Positions 43,948 through 56,372 of a DNA stretch of 64,000 nt are shown here, piece after piece. Below the pieces are notes generated by a model. It ran no database searches and had not been told where the DNA came from. It saw only the letters and a program-made list of their open reading frames with translations. The first letter of the stretch is position 1; every line of letters begins with the position of its first letter. Source of the DNA: Sporopachydermia quercuum (lineage: Eukaryota); the NCBI GenBank assembly GCA_001599295.1, contig BCGN01000005.1, positions 1,302,001-1,366,000 on the forward strand, in the 5' to 3' direction. The position numbers were made by a program, and so were the translations under genes.

Positions 43948-46900
43948 ACTGACTGCTTGATATTAAGGATATTAATAATAATTGGAATCACTTCTAGAGA
44001 ATGATTCTCACTCATATTAAAAGAATCCAATTGTNATTGAGATTGATGTTGATGTTGAGGTTGGGATGAGTGTGGGTGTGAGTGTGAGTAATATCAGATA
44101 ATTAAAATTGACTCTGGTTGCGATTTCTGTCACTCACATTTACTGGACCTTGAGANGATTGTTCATACGAATTTTTCTTTATTCATACTATGTTTCCATT
44201 TCACTCAATTCAATACTGTAGATATGAATGTTAATGAAGAAGAGTGTATTTGCAATGATTCAAGAAATTGGAATTTCTATAAAGATTCTTAATATTGTTT
44301 ATTGTACAAATATGTTGCTTTTTCTTATAGGCTTAGAAACCTGTTATAATGAATCTTTCATTGCTCTTGTTGTCGTTGGCTAAAAGACGGTTGCTAATCA
44401 ATGAGTTGTAAAACTAACTAAACCCCAGATTCAGAAAAAGTAAAAAATCACTGACAAAAAACTTAACTGAAAGATTATCCACTTTTAGATTGAGAGTNCA
44501 TGACAGTGATATATATATATAAATATAAAGATTAATAATAATTTATGAAATAACATCGGTACTAATTAATTGAGTTCATCTCTTAAGTACGAAGATGTTA
44601 TTCTTTAGAAATAAGGTTTAAGCTTTAGTGAATCATGATCAGAGTTGAAGCTAGTGAGCTTAGAATTAAGTTTTACTGTATACTTCTTTTCAAGAATCCA
44701 CTAGCAAACTGAACACTTCTACCTAATGTAGGTAGATTCAAGGACTAACTTCAAAATGAGATTGAATGAATAGCAGCACTTNCACTCACTAGAGAATTGA
44801 ATTGAGTCGGTAACTGTTTAGATACGATAAATAACCAATAAGCTAGAATTATACGCATCTGACTGAGTAATGAATAAGAATACCTGACCTTTCTTTCAAG
44901 TGGAAAAATAAGCAGATAACCAACATATGATAAGAATCAACNACACATATTCGAATAGATCTTGAGGAATTGTGAAGGAATTTTTGAAATATGACAGCAA
45001 TATCAATATGTTGAGTAATATTGTGGCAGTTATTTGACNTTCAAGTTATGGGACGAACGTAAATACATTGTATGTTATTTCACTCTAGCGCCTACATTTA
45101 CTAGGTATGAGATACGCATGTGTAAAGAGTTTCGACTGTTCACAACCTAAAATTAATATNCCTTCACTTTTCTCTAAGCATTTTCTCTGATCTAACTCAA
45201 ATTCAATTAGCTGTACGATATTACACACATAAACATATTGCTTTCTAACCTAAACTAGAGAATTATTATCTCTGATCATGAGGCTATATAATAGTTCTGC
45301 ACTTGGCTTAAGTAATTTTTAAGGCTTTCGCTAGTAATGGGGNATNTTATTTTTCTAACTGGCAGGTCCTCCATCACTCAATCAATCCATCGAGCATTTA
45401 TCATTTTTTCATCCTTAATTGTAAACAATAAACCGGATATCTTTTTCTTCAAAGTTTTGACAACATTAGCATACAACTTGTTATTCAATCTATAGCATCA
45501 TCTTTCAATCACAGCAGTNGATAGATAAATATCGTATCATCCGACACGGTTCTCGGCCATAAGTGGAAAGCTCGGAACAAAGTCGATCTGGGAAAGTGAG
45601 CTGCTCAGTGATCTATTGTGCGTATACTGAAGCACGTACGTTCAAAGTTCTTCTGTACTGACGTAAGGATCCGTCTTTTCTTTTTTTTTTGATCTCTTCG
45701 GAAGGAGGACAAATACTTAATCAAGAACGGTTTTTTTTCGGCATTTGCCTGGGGAAATCAATAGAGATCTGGCTCGCTGCTCATAATATGACAGATAGAA
45801 CTAGTGTTAATTGATAACATGCTCAATTATAGTATTGTATAGGCATTGGATAGTTTCATACTAGTAAAAANAACAAAATTTCCATTTCATTAATGGGAAA
45901 CAAACTATCATTCAATAAAGAAAGATACAAGGCAAAAAAAAAGCTGATGTTGAAAGTTTCTGGAAAAGAAACATCTTCCCAGATGAATATTTTGCTATAG
46001 CCATTTTGTCCTATAATACTTAGATGAGTTCTTGTGATTGAAAAATATCTGATGTTGAAGGGAAGCATCCTCCTCTCTTGTACCTGACACAGCTTACTTT
46101 AAGTACATACTAATAGGGTGCGGCATTATTTGAGTTTATATTAATAACATAAATCCTTGNTAACAAGAAAATGATACGTACTGGAAGCTTATAAAGTATC
46201 GTTTTAATTTTTAAAAGAAAGAGATGATAAAAGTCCTGTCTGACATAATGAAATTATTTCCGCTCACGACATTGTTCACACTCAGATTTCTTTTTAACAT
46301 TTATTGAGTTTCATTCAATAATATACAGTTATAAGCTGGAAATTAATGAACGCTGTTCACGTCGTTCAGATGAGATGTCCGAGGGCCTTCTGTAAAGTTC
46401 TTTGTCTTTCTCACAGGTTACCAACAATGGAAAACCTTACCTATTTACAGGCAGACAGACATTTATCTCAATTCTGAATTCATCAATAGAATCACAGTAC
46501 TTCCGTATAAAAAAGTATACAAGTTATCAGGCAATTCCGTTAACTTAGTATTACACAATTCTCAATTTCGAGGATAAAAAGGAGCTTCTATTTCGTTTTA
46601 TGGAAGATTCTAAACAAGTAGTAAGGTGCTCGTATTTCTCCGTTTCCACGCGGCAATCGCACTCCGGTTGCGTACAGGATAACCAAAAATGCAGTAAAAC
46701 ATCTGTCAAAAACTGGATTGAAGATCCAATTGTTTAATCACGTCACATCCCTCATGAGCAAGGGGTTTGATTAAGGTGTTTGAAATCTAATTCTTATCAT
46801 CCTCATTCTTAATATTTACCTTCGTTGCTTGTCAATTGGAAGAACTATTTCCACCTAATGGGTATCTTCTTTCAATATCTATTCTAATAATGTAACTGAA

Positions 46901-48013
46901 CTTTATAAATAACTTAAATCAACTTCGAAGATTCTTCTCCTTATCCTCGAGCCTGTTGTTCCGGATTAAGTTGTCTTCATCCCCAAGATGTATCTACTCT
47001 TCGGCAGGAACACTTCATTTCATTATGAATCACTAACTAATTAATAAATGACAGCTCAATTTCGTAACTCTTCTTGGCATTCCGAAGTAATTCAAGATTT
47101 GGAAATAAGGTTTCGGGATGTTTCTCACCAAAAACAAAAATGCCTGACAATCAGTATTTAGAAGGCGTTCAGCTTTCCGGCAAGACTGCAATCAGTAGAA
47201 CAACAAACTGAGTGAGCAGAAGATGNTTGCCAGTTTCAACACTATTCTGGTGACACAAGAAAACTGAATATTAAATATTATGTTATCATGAATGCATAGT
47301 ATTCGAATATTATCAGTAATCACTGATTTCTAAATGATTTCCGGTTTTCTAGAGGGCTTCTCATTGAAAAAAGACNCCTTCGTAGTATCTTGAATCTTTA
47401 TCAATTGAATATAAACACTATAAATTTGAAGAAGATTTGAATTTGAAAATGCAGTTACGAGTACTCCCCGCAAGAATTTAATATGTTCTATTGACACGCT
47501 CAGACGTCCAGTTATAATATTCTCATATAATAATCCAAAACCTGCTGCATGAAAATCCACAAAACTACTATGCGAACAGGTATATTCGCATTTTACTTCT
47601 TAGCAAATGTAGCATTAAGTACAATTGATCAAATAAATGTACTACAATTGCAAGACCCTATCAGTTCTACTTCCTTATGGTATCAGTTTAACATACCCTA
47701 CAAGCTCTACAGTCATAATAAGACTAGCAAATCAACAATTATGTATTCATTCGAAATACTTTTAGCCTAACAAATAATGTATGCCTCCAGAAAGTAGTCT
47801 CATAGTTCTATGAACAAAAAAAAAGGTGAACCTGAAGTTCGAAAAGCCCAAAGTTTTACATAAGTAAATATAGAAATTTCTTTATTTCCTAATATATGAT
47901 AATTCTAACAAGCCATCTCCTTCAAGATGTAAATCAGACAAAAAGGACTTGGTTATCAATGCTGAAATACCAAGTACTTAACATGTTGCTTTGCAATATA
48001 TATTGCATTGTAT

Positions 48014-49216
48014 TTATTTAGTCTTTCCGGTACCGACCCCAATGTTATTGGTATTTCTAAACATCTTCACGCCATTGGCACCATCAACAAATTGACACAT
48101 TCTTGCAGTCTTGTACAAACTGACAAACATGTTTTCATCACTATGTAAGTAGTGTTCACCCATAACCTCCTTAATGGCCTTGGTAGCTTGTCGACCATGA
48201 TAGAAAGGAATTCTTGAAACATAGTGGTGAGCAACGTGAGTTTCAATAATATCATGGAAAATGTATTTTCCAACAAAACCAAATTCTCTGTCAATCGTAG
48301 AAGCAGCTCCACGAGCAAAATCCCACTGGTAACCATCGTAATGGGGTAAATTAGGACCGGTATGTTGCAAAAAAGTAATGAAAACTAACCAATGGTTAAC
48401 AAATAACCAAGGAATAACGTAGTTAAGGAACATATTAGCCGTGCCAAATGTCTTGAATCCCCAGTAAACAGCGGCACCGTTTAATAACACACCAATATCA
48501 GATAGAACAATGGTCCAATAGTCTCTTTCTTCAAAAATAGGAGACCTAGGATTGAAATGGTTAACTTCCCATGACTTTCTCTCTGGGTATTTTTGACCAG
48601 TAACATTAGTCGTTAAGTACATTAACCAACCGCCAATTTGTTGTAAGAACAAATGGTACAAGGTAGAAATAGGAGTTTCTTCGGTGATCTCTTCAATGGA
48701 CTTAGCTCCATGAGAAGCAATATGTCTCTCCTTGGACTTAGGAACAAAAACCATATCTCTTTGGAGGTGACCAGTAGCCTTATGATGTTTGCCATGAGAA
48801 TATTTCCACGAAAAATAAGGAACAAATAAAGAAGAGTGTAGAACCCATCCAACTGTATCGTTCAACAAAGGATAATCGGAGAAAGCACCATGACCACATT
48901 CATGAGCTAAGACCCAAATACCAGTTCCTAATAAACCTTGGATGATAACATATCCTGTCCAAAGTGTAATTCTAACTACCAAGTATGGTACTTCAGGAAT
49001 AAAAGTATTGGCCAAATAACCAAAAAGCCCAATCCAGAACAGATCACGAAAAACATAGTAAAGACCTAAAGACCATGATCTTTCATAGCATTTCGCTGGA
49101 ATAGCTGAGAGGATATCCTTGATGGGGTAATCAGGAATCTTGAACTCGTTACCTTCGGTGTCGATAGCAACGAGGTTGCTTTGCCGCGTCTTAGTTTGAG
49201 TTGTAGTAGTAGACAT
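48014..49216 (-). CDS. FAD2: Delta-12 (oleate) fatty acid desaturase, 400 aa
   Basis: Three His boxes HECGH, HGKHH and HVAHH; also AIPAKCYERS, WLVFITFLQHT, TIDREFGF. Confidence 0.93.
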   Translation of the reverse strand: MSTTTTQTKTRQSNLVAIDTEGNEFKIPDYPIKDILSAIPAKCYERSWSLGLYYVFRDLFWIGLFGYLANTFIPEVPYLVVRITLWTGYVIIQGLLGTGIWVLAHECGHGAFSDYPLLNDTVGWVLHSSLFVPYFSWKYSHGKHHKATGHLQRDMVFVPKSKERHIASHGAKSIEEITEETPISTLYHLFLQQIGGWLMYLTTNVTGQKYPERKSWEVNHFNPRSPIFEERDYWTIVLSDIGVLLNGAAVYWGFKTFGTANMFLNYVIPWLFVNHWLVFITFLQHTGPNLPHYDGYQWDFARGAASTIDREFGFVGKYIFHDIIETHVAHHYVSRIPFYHGRQATKAIKEVMGEHYLHSDENMFVSLYKTARMCQFVDGANGVKMFRNTNNIGVGTGKTK

Positions 49217-51405
49217 TGCTGTTCTTTGTCGTTGTCGCTGTTGTTCTTTCTATTCTATATAATACTATCAATCTAACAGCAAGTTTCTGTAGATTATCTC
49301 TAAGGTTGTTTAAATCAAAGATACTCTATATCTATGGCCGTCTATAAGATAAATCAGATAAAAAACAAACGAAAATTGTCAAATCAAGGTAGATTGAATA
49401 TATAAGAGGAAGCAAGAATACTTCTTTACCTCAACGAACGAAAAAAAATTAGAGCAGAATAATTGCAGGTCAACTGAAAGATTCTTCTATTCAAATTAAT
49501 ATCCTCCAATTTTACGTACCAATCAAGTTCAACATGACAGGGAAATGAGGAAAATGAGGAAAAAGGAGTGACAGGGAAATATCAACAAAAAGACAAGATC
49601 AGTAGAACTGAATAGCAGGTCTATCGTGAATCAAACAAAAAACACTTAATAATAAAAAGATCTCCCAAAATAAGAGTGTGCCTAGAGGTAGTATGATATT
49701 CTNTAGAAATTAATGAATAGGAAATGTTAACATTGAGAAGGGAAGAAAAATCAATGAACATAGTGACGAAAAAATTGACTATGGGAAAATGAATAATAAA
49801 AAGTTGAGCAGAAACTTAAATTAAGCTCTGAGCATATTTTAGCTGATAGTAGCCGAAAGTTTAGTTTTGTATTAAATTTTCGAATTTAGTTTCAAGAAGT
49901 AATTGATGTTTATTTGATTTGGCTTTTGGTGGCTTGGTGGTTGACTGAAGTTCATTGACTAACTGGAAAATAATGAGTCGGTGAATTGAAAGATTGAAAC
50001 CATCTTTTCAAGAATGTGTAAAAGGATTTAATGTACTATGTCGATTGCCAAATGAAAAGGAAAGTCTTAAACCGGAATGATAGCCGAAATGATAGTGATT
50101 CTACTTGAACGTGGTAGGGAGGCTTACTGGTTAGTTGACTGATTTGCAACTGTTTCTCCATGTGTTTACAGAAAAATAACCTAACTCGAATATATATCAT
50201 CCATATTAGTTCTTAGTAGAAAACAACCTGATAAATTTTTTTTTTTCATTTTCATACTATACTGGATTGTTGGTAAGTGATAATTGCAGAATGCCTTGGC
50301 TTGAGGCAAGTGCTAATAAACTTCAGAAGAGGTTTACTACTTTGATCTTGGTATGAATAGCCCACCTGCAGAATTAAGCACAGTTGTGAAAAAATTGCGT
50401 TACTTGCTTGGCTTACAGTGAACTATAGAAGCTATATGAGAAACAAATTAGATATGATATGATTCTTAGGCAAAAAATTCTTCTTAATGCGTAATGAGAC
50501 TTTCAGGTTCTCTCAGTTTTATTTCACCTTAAACCATAGGACGATAAAAGTCCGTCTGTAGAAATAATTCACTTGAAATAGATTCCCTTTTTCAGTTTAG
50601 ATGTTCTGTATCCTGGTATCGTTACATAAAAATTCCCCCATTTTTTGTTTGGTTTTGCTTTGAATTGGTCCTTTCATCTATAACACTTCCGCCAAATCAA
50701 AAACGAATTTGATGATGTGATGCAGTTTGAGATGAAGATGAAAGGTTTCAGGTTAAAGTTAATAAAAGCGTTGGGTTGTTGCTCAATTTCAAAGGATATT
50801 TTTGGGTAGGTTCGAACTTAAAGCTTAACTTAAAGTACCCTAACAGTAATCAACAAATAAGGAACCAAAAAAAAAAAAAGCAAGAGAAGTGGTGAAGAAA
50901 TTGTAGAAGTTNAACAGATTTTACTGTGCGGAAGATTTGTAAGTACCATTCGCTGGGAATAGAAGGGACCAATTCTATGCCGAAATATCTCAGTTTCTCA
51001 TGATCAAGCAATTGGAATTGTAGCTGAACTAATAGTGAGGAGTAAAGTAGAACTGAAATGGGTTTCACACAATGCTTATTTCTTAATTTGGACAGTTATG
51101 AATCTGGTGCTTTTTTTTACTAAATTTAGTGGGAATGTTATAGTAGGAAGCAGTTATTAGAAATTGAGCCCTCTAAACCTAAGAAATGATAGATTTATAT
51201 AGCTCAGATTGGAACTGAAGTTGATACGTATAATTGATTCTAAGTATTGAATTGTATGGTGAATGTATCATATACTCTTAAGACGAATTTTTCTGAGTCG
51301 TGAATTTGGCGTTCGCATTTTGGTTTGGTTAATTGTTGGGTCACAAAATCAGTTTCTATGCATATACATGCGTGTCTTATGCATAATACAGTACTTCTAT
51401 CATTA

Positions 51406-51435
51406 AGGTGCATATAGGTGCATATAGGTGCACAT
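51406..51435. repeat. Tandem 10-mer (AGGTGCATAT) x3
   Basis: AGGTGCATAT AGGTGCATAT AGGTGCACAT in the FAD2/YHM2 intergenic region. Confidence 0.9.
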
Positions 51436-53585
51436 TCTGGAGTTGCACGCTTTCAGCCAAATCATCATTGACTTATACAATGAGTGGTCTACGAGTTACA
51501 AATAGGTTTCAGAAACTAGATTTAAGGAACTTGTTATTATAAAGGTTATTTTCAATCTTCACAAGCTTGGATTAATCCACAATGCTAGTTGTGTCCGCGG
51601 CTAAGCGTTCAGTGGAAGCCGTTATCAGTCTTTTCACGTCATTGGTTGCAAGAACCTCTGAAAAATGAGAAACTCTCATCTTATTTACCTTACCGTTGGT
51701 TGCAAACTAACAAGGTCCGAACATATCCATTATATATAGATCAAATATTGTGATGTTAATTTCTACCTTTTCTGCCATTCAGGGCATAGATGTGGCTTTC
51801 CCCAGATATGTAAAAATATTCGATTGGAAGCCGATCTACATGTAGCACCCGATGCGCCGAGTTTCGGAGATCAAAGTGTTTATACCACAAAAAAAAAAAA
51901 AAAAGTTTATCTTGACAAAGGTATCATTACAGAATCCGGGGATAAAATGTGTCAATTCTTGGAAAATGGAAGCCTAAAGTTCATTCTCTCTTGCCATTGA
52001 GTCTGTCCATGGATTACTCCTTGTATTTTCAATCAAACAGGCTATCTTGTCCTTCTGTCATTGAATCCCCTATTCATTTTTCCACTACCAGTTTTTTTTG
52101 TTGAATCTCGGAAGAATAAACCAGATAAACACTCGTACAAAACTATTCAAAAATTCAAATTTACTATCTCCCTACATAAGAGAATCTCATCAACAAAGTA
52201 TTAGCAAATTTGGCTGGAACCTGTCAATTCCTAACTACCTTCCATATCCATCCTGAGTCTTCACTATTTTGACTGATTATCGGGTAAATGAAGTTACTAC
52301 TCATCGACATGAATTTGGCGTTCTGGCTATAACTAGCTATATTTATGTTGAAATACATCAATTAAGCTCTTACTGACATTTGCACCAATTCCGTTAAGGC
52401 AATTATATATTTATAAGCTGTTTGCTTTTCATTCTTCCTTTTGCTTTANTATGTAAATGCTCCTAAGATCTTCTCCACTAATAAGAATTCCGTAACTTGT
52501 TCACTTGGAATAACTTGAAACACCGAGATTGATTCCCTTCGGTACACTCTTCAAACAATAATGAACTAAACAAGNAACTTTTCTATAGCAAATAAATTGT
52601 TCTTTCATTATTTTCATTCTGTTCAATGATTTGTTCCTTTTGTCCTTTGATAGAAAGAAAAAAGAAATTATGAAGAAATTGTCGGCCACGAAAGACAAAC
52701 AAAATTTATGCAGGGCATATGCAGAAATAATATGTTATGCATAAGTATGCAATATATGTTCATTGATGAGAATGTATATAAATCCTGTATAAATTTACAT
52801 TTAAAATGAGATTCCTGATTTTCCCTGAAAAATCGACTAATTCATGTTCCAAATTTGAGTGCTCTAATTTCCAACAGTTTCATTCTATTTCACCGCATCA
52901 ATTTTTAGATAGCTACTTCTCCTCGCCTCTTCTGCTGTCCATATTAACATGCAGGAAGCTGCATTGTTTACAAATATCTCTTACGTACAAACCTAAACAA
53001 GATTCCCCACGTCTTTTTTTTGTACTTCATAATATTTTTCAAACAGCTCTCATACGATCCATCCCTCTCTTTATGTGTGACTGTCTATAAATAATAAACT
53101 ACAGCAAGATCCAATCTTTTTTTTTTTCTCAAACATCTTCCAAAGGAACAGTTTTCCTTTCAAATCTTTACCCAAACTTACTGTAATGTATAAAATTAAA
53201 ATCTGATCTCGCGTAGTTTATATTGCTTCCAACCGCCTATAACTTCGTCTCCAGCAAATCTTCTTAAAATTCCTAAGTACACATGCTTTTCGCGCTTATA
53301 CGTAGTAGCTCCATCTGAAACTTTCTGAGTCCACTAACAGATTGCTTGCTTGCCATACATAATTTTTCTCCATTTTTCAGCAATTGATTACTTGTCTACT
53401 AGTAAGCTATTGATAACAAGCTTGTTCAGTTATCCTTGATGTTTATTAATACTTGTTGGAGTTCTGATTTATTTTAAAACAACCATTACATTCAGTAAAC
53501 CTTCAATTACCTTTTGAACATAGCATAAAAATTGATCTCCACTTGTAACTAGCCCCATTTCATACAAGAGTTACCAGAAGATAGA

Positions 53586-54729
53586 ATGTCAGAAACTGTT
53601 GTTGAGAAGAAGCCAGTGAACTTCTCCAACATCCTTTTGGGTGCTGGTTTGAACTTGTTTGAGTACGTGCATATTTTATTTGTGAGTTGATTCAAAGAAA
53701 CCGGAACCTGTTTGTTGTGGCATTTACTAACTATTTTCAATAGAGTAACAAGTCTTGGACAGCCATTGGAAGTCACTAAGGTATGTTGATGAATAGCAAA
53801 AAAAAAAAGAGGCTATTTTCATGAAGATTGATTAATCTTCTATTAATTGCTTACGTTGCATATAGTATAATTGTATATTTTATTGTATTGACATGTTTTA
53901 TTAACGTTAATAGACTACTATGGCAGCTAACAGAAGTTTCACTTTCCCACAAGCTATCAAAGAAGTTTGGTCTCGTGGTGGACCTTTGGGTTTCTACCAA
54001 GGTTTAATTCCTTGGGCTTGGATTGAAGCATCTACTAAAGGTGCAGTTTTGTTATTTGTCTCTGCTGAAGCTGAATACCATGCTAAAGCAACGTTAGGTC
54101 TATCAAATTTCCCCGCTGGTATTTTGGGTGGTATGACTGGTGGTATTGCTCAAGCCTATTTAACCATGGGTTTCTGTACGTGTATGAAAACTGTTGAAAT
54201 TACAAGGTCAAAAGCTGCTTCTGCTCCTGGTGTTAAAGTTCCTGGTACTTTTGAGGTTTTCATGGATATTTACCGAAGAGAGGGTATTAGAGGTATCAAT
54301 AAAGGGGTGAACGCTGTTGCTATTCGTCAATGTACCAACTGGGGTTCTAGATTCGGTTTTGCTAGACTTGCTGAGGAAGCTATTAGGAAGGTTTCGGGTA
54401 AGAAAGATGGAGAGAAACTAAGTGCTGTTGAAAAAATTGGATCCTCAATCATTGGTGGTGGTTTATCCGCATGGAATCAACCTATTGAAGTTATTAGAGT
54501 TGAATTACAATCTAAAACGAAGGATGCTAATAGACCAAAGAATTTGAACGTTGCCTCTGCATTCAAGTATATCTATGCTACAAATGGTATTAAAGGCCTA
54601 TATAGGGGAGTCACCCCAAGAATAGGTTTGGGAGTTTGGCAAACTGTCTGTATGGTTGCTGTCGGCGATATGGCTAGAGAGTGGGTTGCAAGGCTTACTG
54701 GTGAGACTCCGGTTGGAAAAGGTCATTAA
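53586..54729 (+). CDS. YHM2: Mitochondrial citrate/2-oxoglutarate carrier Yhm2, 309 aa, two introns
   Basis: join(53586..53662,53744..53780,53914..54729) gives [45 protein letters not shown]; also GLIPWAWIEASTKGAVLLF and AVAIRQCTNWGSRFG. Introns GTACGT..TACTAAC..TAG and GTATGT..TATTAAC..TAG. Confidence 0.94.
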
Positions 54730-54970
54730 TTTTATTTATTTAGAATCATTGACCATTGTTCAGGGATGTATAATATTCTGCTTATTTAATGGCAATAGTA
54801 TGAATAATGTATGCTCGACTTGGTAAAAATGTAATACAAAGGATATATTATTTATTTTAATATACTAAAAAAAGAACACTAAAAGTGATAATTATAATAA
54901 TAAAAATGAAGCTATTGATATCAACAAGAGAAGCAAAGCATTTGAACAAACTCATCAAAGTACGATAGTC

Positions 54971-54974
<4 letters not shown>

Positions 54975-55003
<29 letters not shown>
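54975..55003. repeat. (AT)14 microsatellite between the convergent YHM2 and SLY41 3' ends
   Basis: Perfect AT run; may also act as a bidirectional TATATA polyadenylation efficiency element. Confidence 0.9.
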
Positions 55004-55007
<4 letters not shown>

Positions 55008-55097
55008 TTTATTATTGAATGGTTGTTCCCATGGACGTTATGTTATGTTGATGGAAACGATGCAAATTCATATATGGTTGATACTTTATCCTTTTAT

Positions 55098-56372
55098 CTA
55101 TTCAATTGTACCACTCCATCTATCATACCCATATAAACCAAAAAAGCATAGAAGGAACCCAATTGCTTGCATAAATGATAAAGAAGATGCATTCCATAGA
55201 ATTGCAACTGCTATCACAACTATTCTTTTCAGTAGATTAGCAATAGAGTAAGAAACAGGTGAGATCATTCCAAGTATATGAAATGCAACTAAAGATTGAG
55301 CGAAATGTGTGAATCCATTCAAAAGAAAATACATATAAGGGAAATTCACTTCTTCTCTGAATAATCTCACTAAATCTGTTGTGAGAAATACAGGAAATGT
55401 CAAAGTGAATCCAATCATTGAGCAGTAAAGCAAGACTGTCATTTTATCGAGTTTATCATGCTCCTCTTTATCTTGTCTTGCTTCTTGTTGTTTATTCATA
55501 GGAATGTCCTTTTCTGTTTTGTATGTAAGAATCTTCTTAGCAAATATGTTCTGACTGACAAAAATGAATGCACCAATCAACGCATAGAACAACCCTTTCA
55601 TACGAGTGACTGAGAGCGATTTATCCCCTGAACAAACGAAAATGACACCAAGTATTAGTGGGATTAATGTCAAGTATGTAGTTTGAGTATACTTGACTTT
55701 GAATAGGATTCTGGAGCAGAGAACAGTAAGCATTGGTGATAATGATTTGACCGTATGAACTGTAGCTACAGGGATAATTGATGTTGCCATATGAGATGTT
55801 GTATGGCCAACAAACTGGAAAGCTCCCATTGGAAATGTTTGTTTCAATACTGCACGTGTTGGATATACAAATTCTGTCTTATTGGTATAAAAGTTCTTCC
55901 TGGGGATAGAGCCTTCAGGAAAATATCCTCTAACATTGAGCTGATCGATCAATAATATGAAAGCTCCTGTGAAAAATGCACATAATAAAAATTGTACTTC
56001 TGTTACTGCCACAGGATATGGATAAGCATTGAGAATGGCTTTTGTCATGTTATTCGCAATAGCACTGCAAAAGTACCAAACAAAACATAGAGTCAAAACT
56101 TTATAATCTATCGGGGGAACTAGAGATCGAATATAAACCACATAAGGATTATTATTAGCACTGAACAACTCTTGTTTCTTGAACTTATCGTCAATATATT
56201 CTTCTTCAAAACCTGTTTGAAGATTCACCCTTGGACGATTACTTTTAAGACTGTGTTCTCTATTGTAAGTAAACCTCTTTGCTGCTTCAACAGTATCAGC
56301 GCCTGATGTTGAAATAGTGAATTTCACCGGCTCGTTTGCCTCAAGCTTTGTTTCCGTTATCGTAGAATACAT
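55098..56372 (-). CDS. SLY41: Triose-phosphate/nucleotide-sugar transporter family protein Sly41
   Basis: LCFVWYFCS, FQFVGH..SHMATSIIPVATVHTVKSLSP, IFVSQNIFAKK, LDKMTVLLYCS, HFAQSLVAF.ILGMISPVSYSIANLLKRI. Confidence 0.85.
   Translation of the reverse strand: MYSTITETKLEANEPVKFTISTSGADTVEAAKRFTYNREHSLKSNRPRVNLQTGFEEEYIDDKFKKQELFSANNNPYVVYIRSLVPPIDYKVLTLCFVWYFCSAIANNMTKAILNAYPYPVAVTEVQFLLCAFFTGAFILLIDQLNVRGYFPEGSIPRKNFYTNKTEFVYPTRAVLKQTFPMGAFQFVGHTTSHMATSIIPVATVHTVKSLSPMLTVLCSRILFKVKYTQTTYLTLIPLILGVIFVCSGDKSLSVTRMKGLFYALIGAFIFVSQNIFAKKILTYKTEKDIPMNKQQEARQDKEEHDKLDKMTVLLYCSMIGFTLTFPVFLTTDLVRLFREEVNFPYMYFLLNGFTHFAQSLVAFHILGMISPVSYSIANLLKRIVVIAVAILWNASSLSFMQAIGFLLCFFGLYGYDRWSGTIE

Noticed and set aside
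47992..48007. 16-bp palindrome TGCAATATATATTGCA after the FAD2 stop
   Set aside because: Mostly an AT run, explained as a polyadenylation efficiency element.
50127..50257. Minus-strand GTATGA...AACTAAC-CAG as a FAD2 5'-UTR intron or nested intron
   Set aside because: It lies about 900 nt upstream, beyond TATA-like sequences near 49400, and excision does not reconstitute a donor.
50790..50830. GGTTCGAAC resembling a tRNA B-box/T-loop
   Set aside because: The flanks do not form a T-stem and there is no A-box or cloverleaf.
52281..52292. CGGGTAAATGAA, a near-match to the Cat8-bound CSRE
   Set aside because: Mismatch in the conserved GG end and only a single copy.
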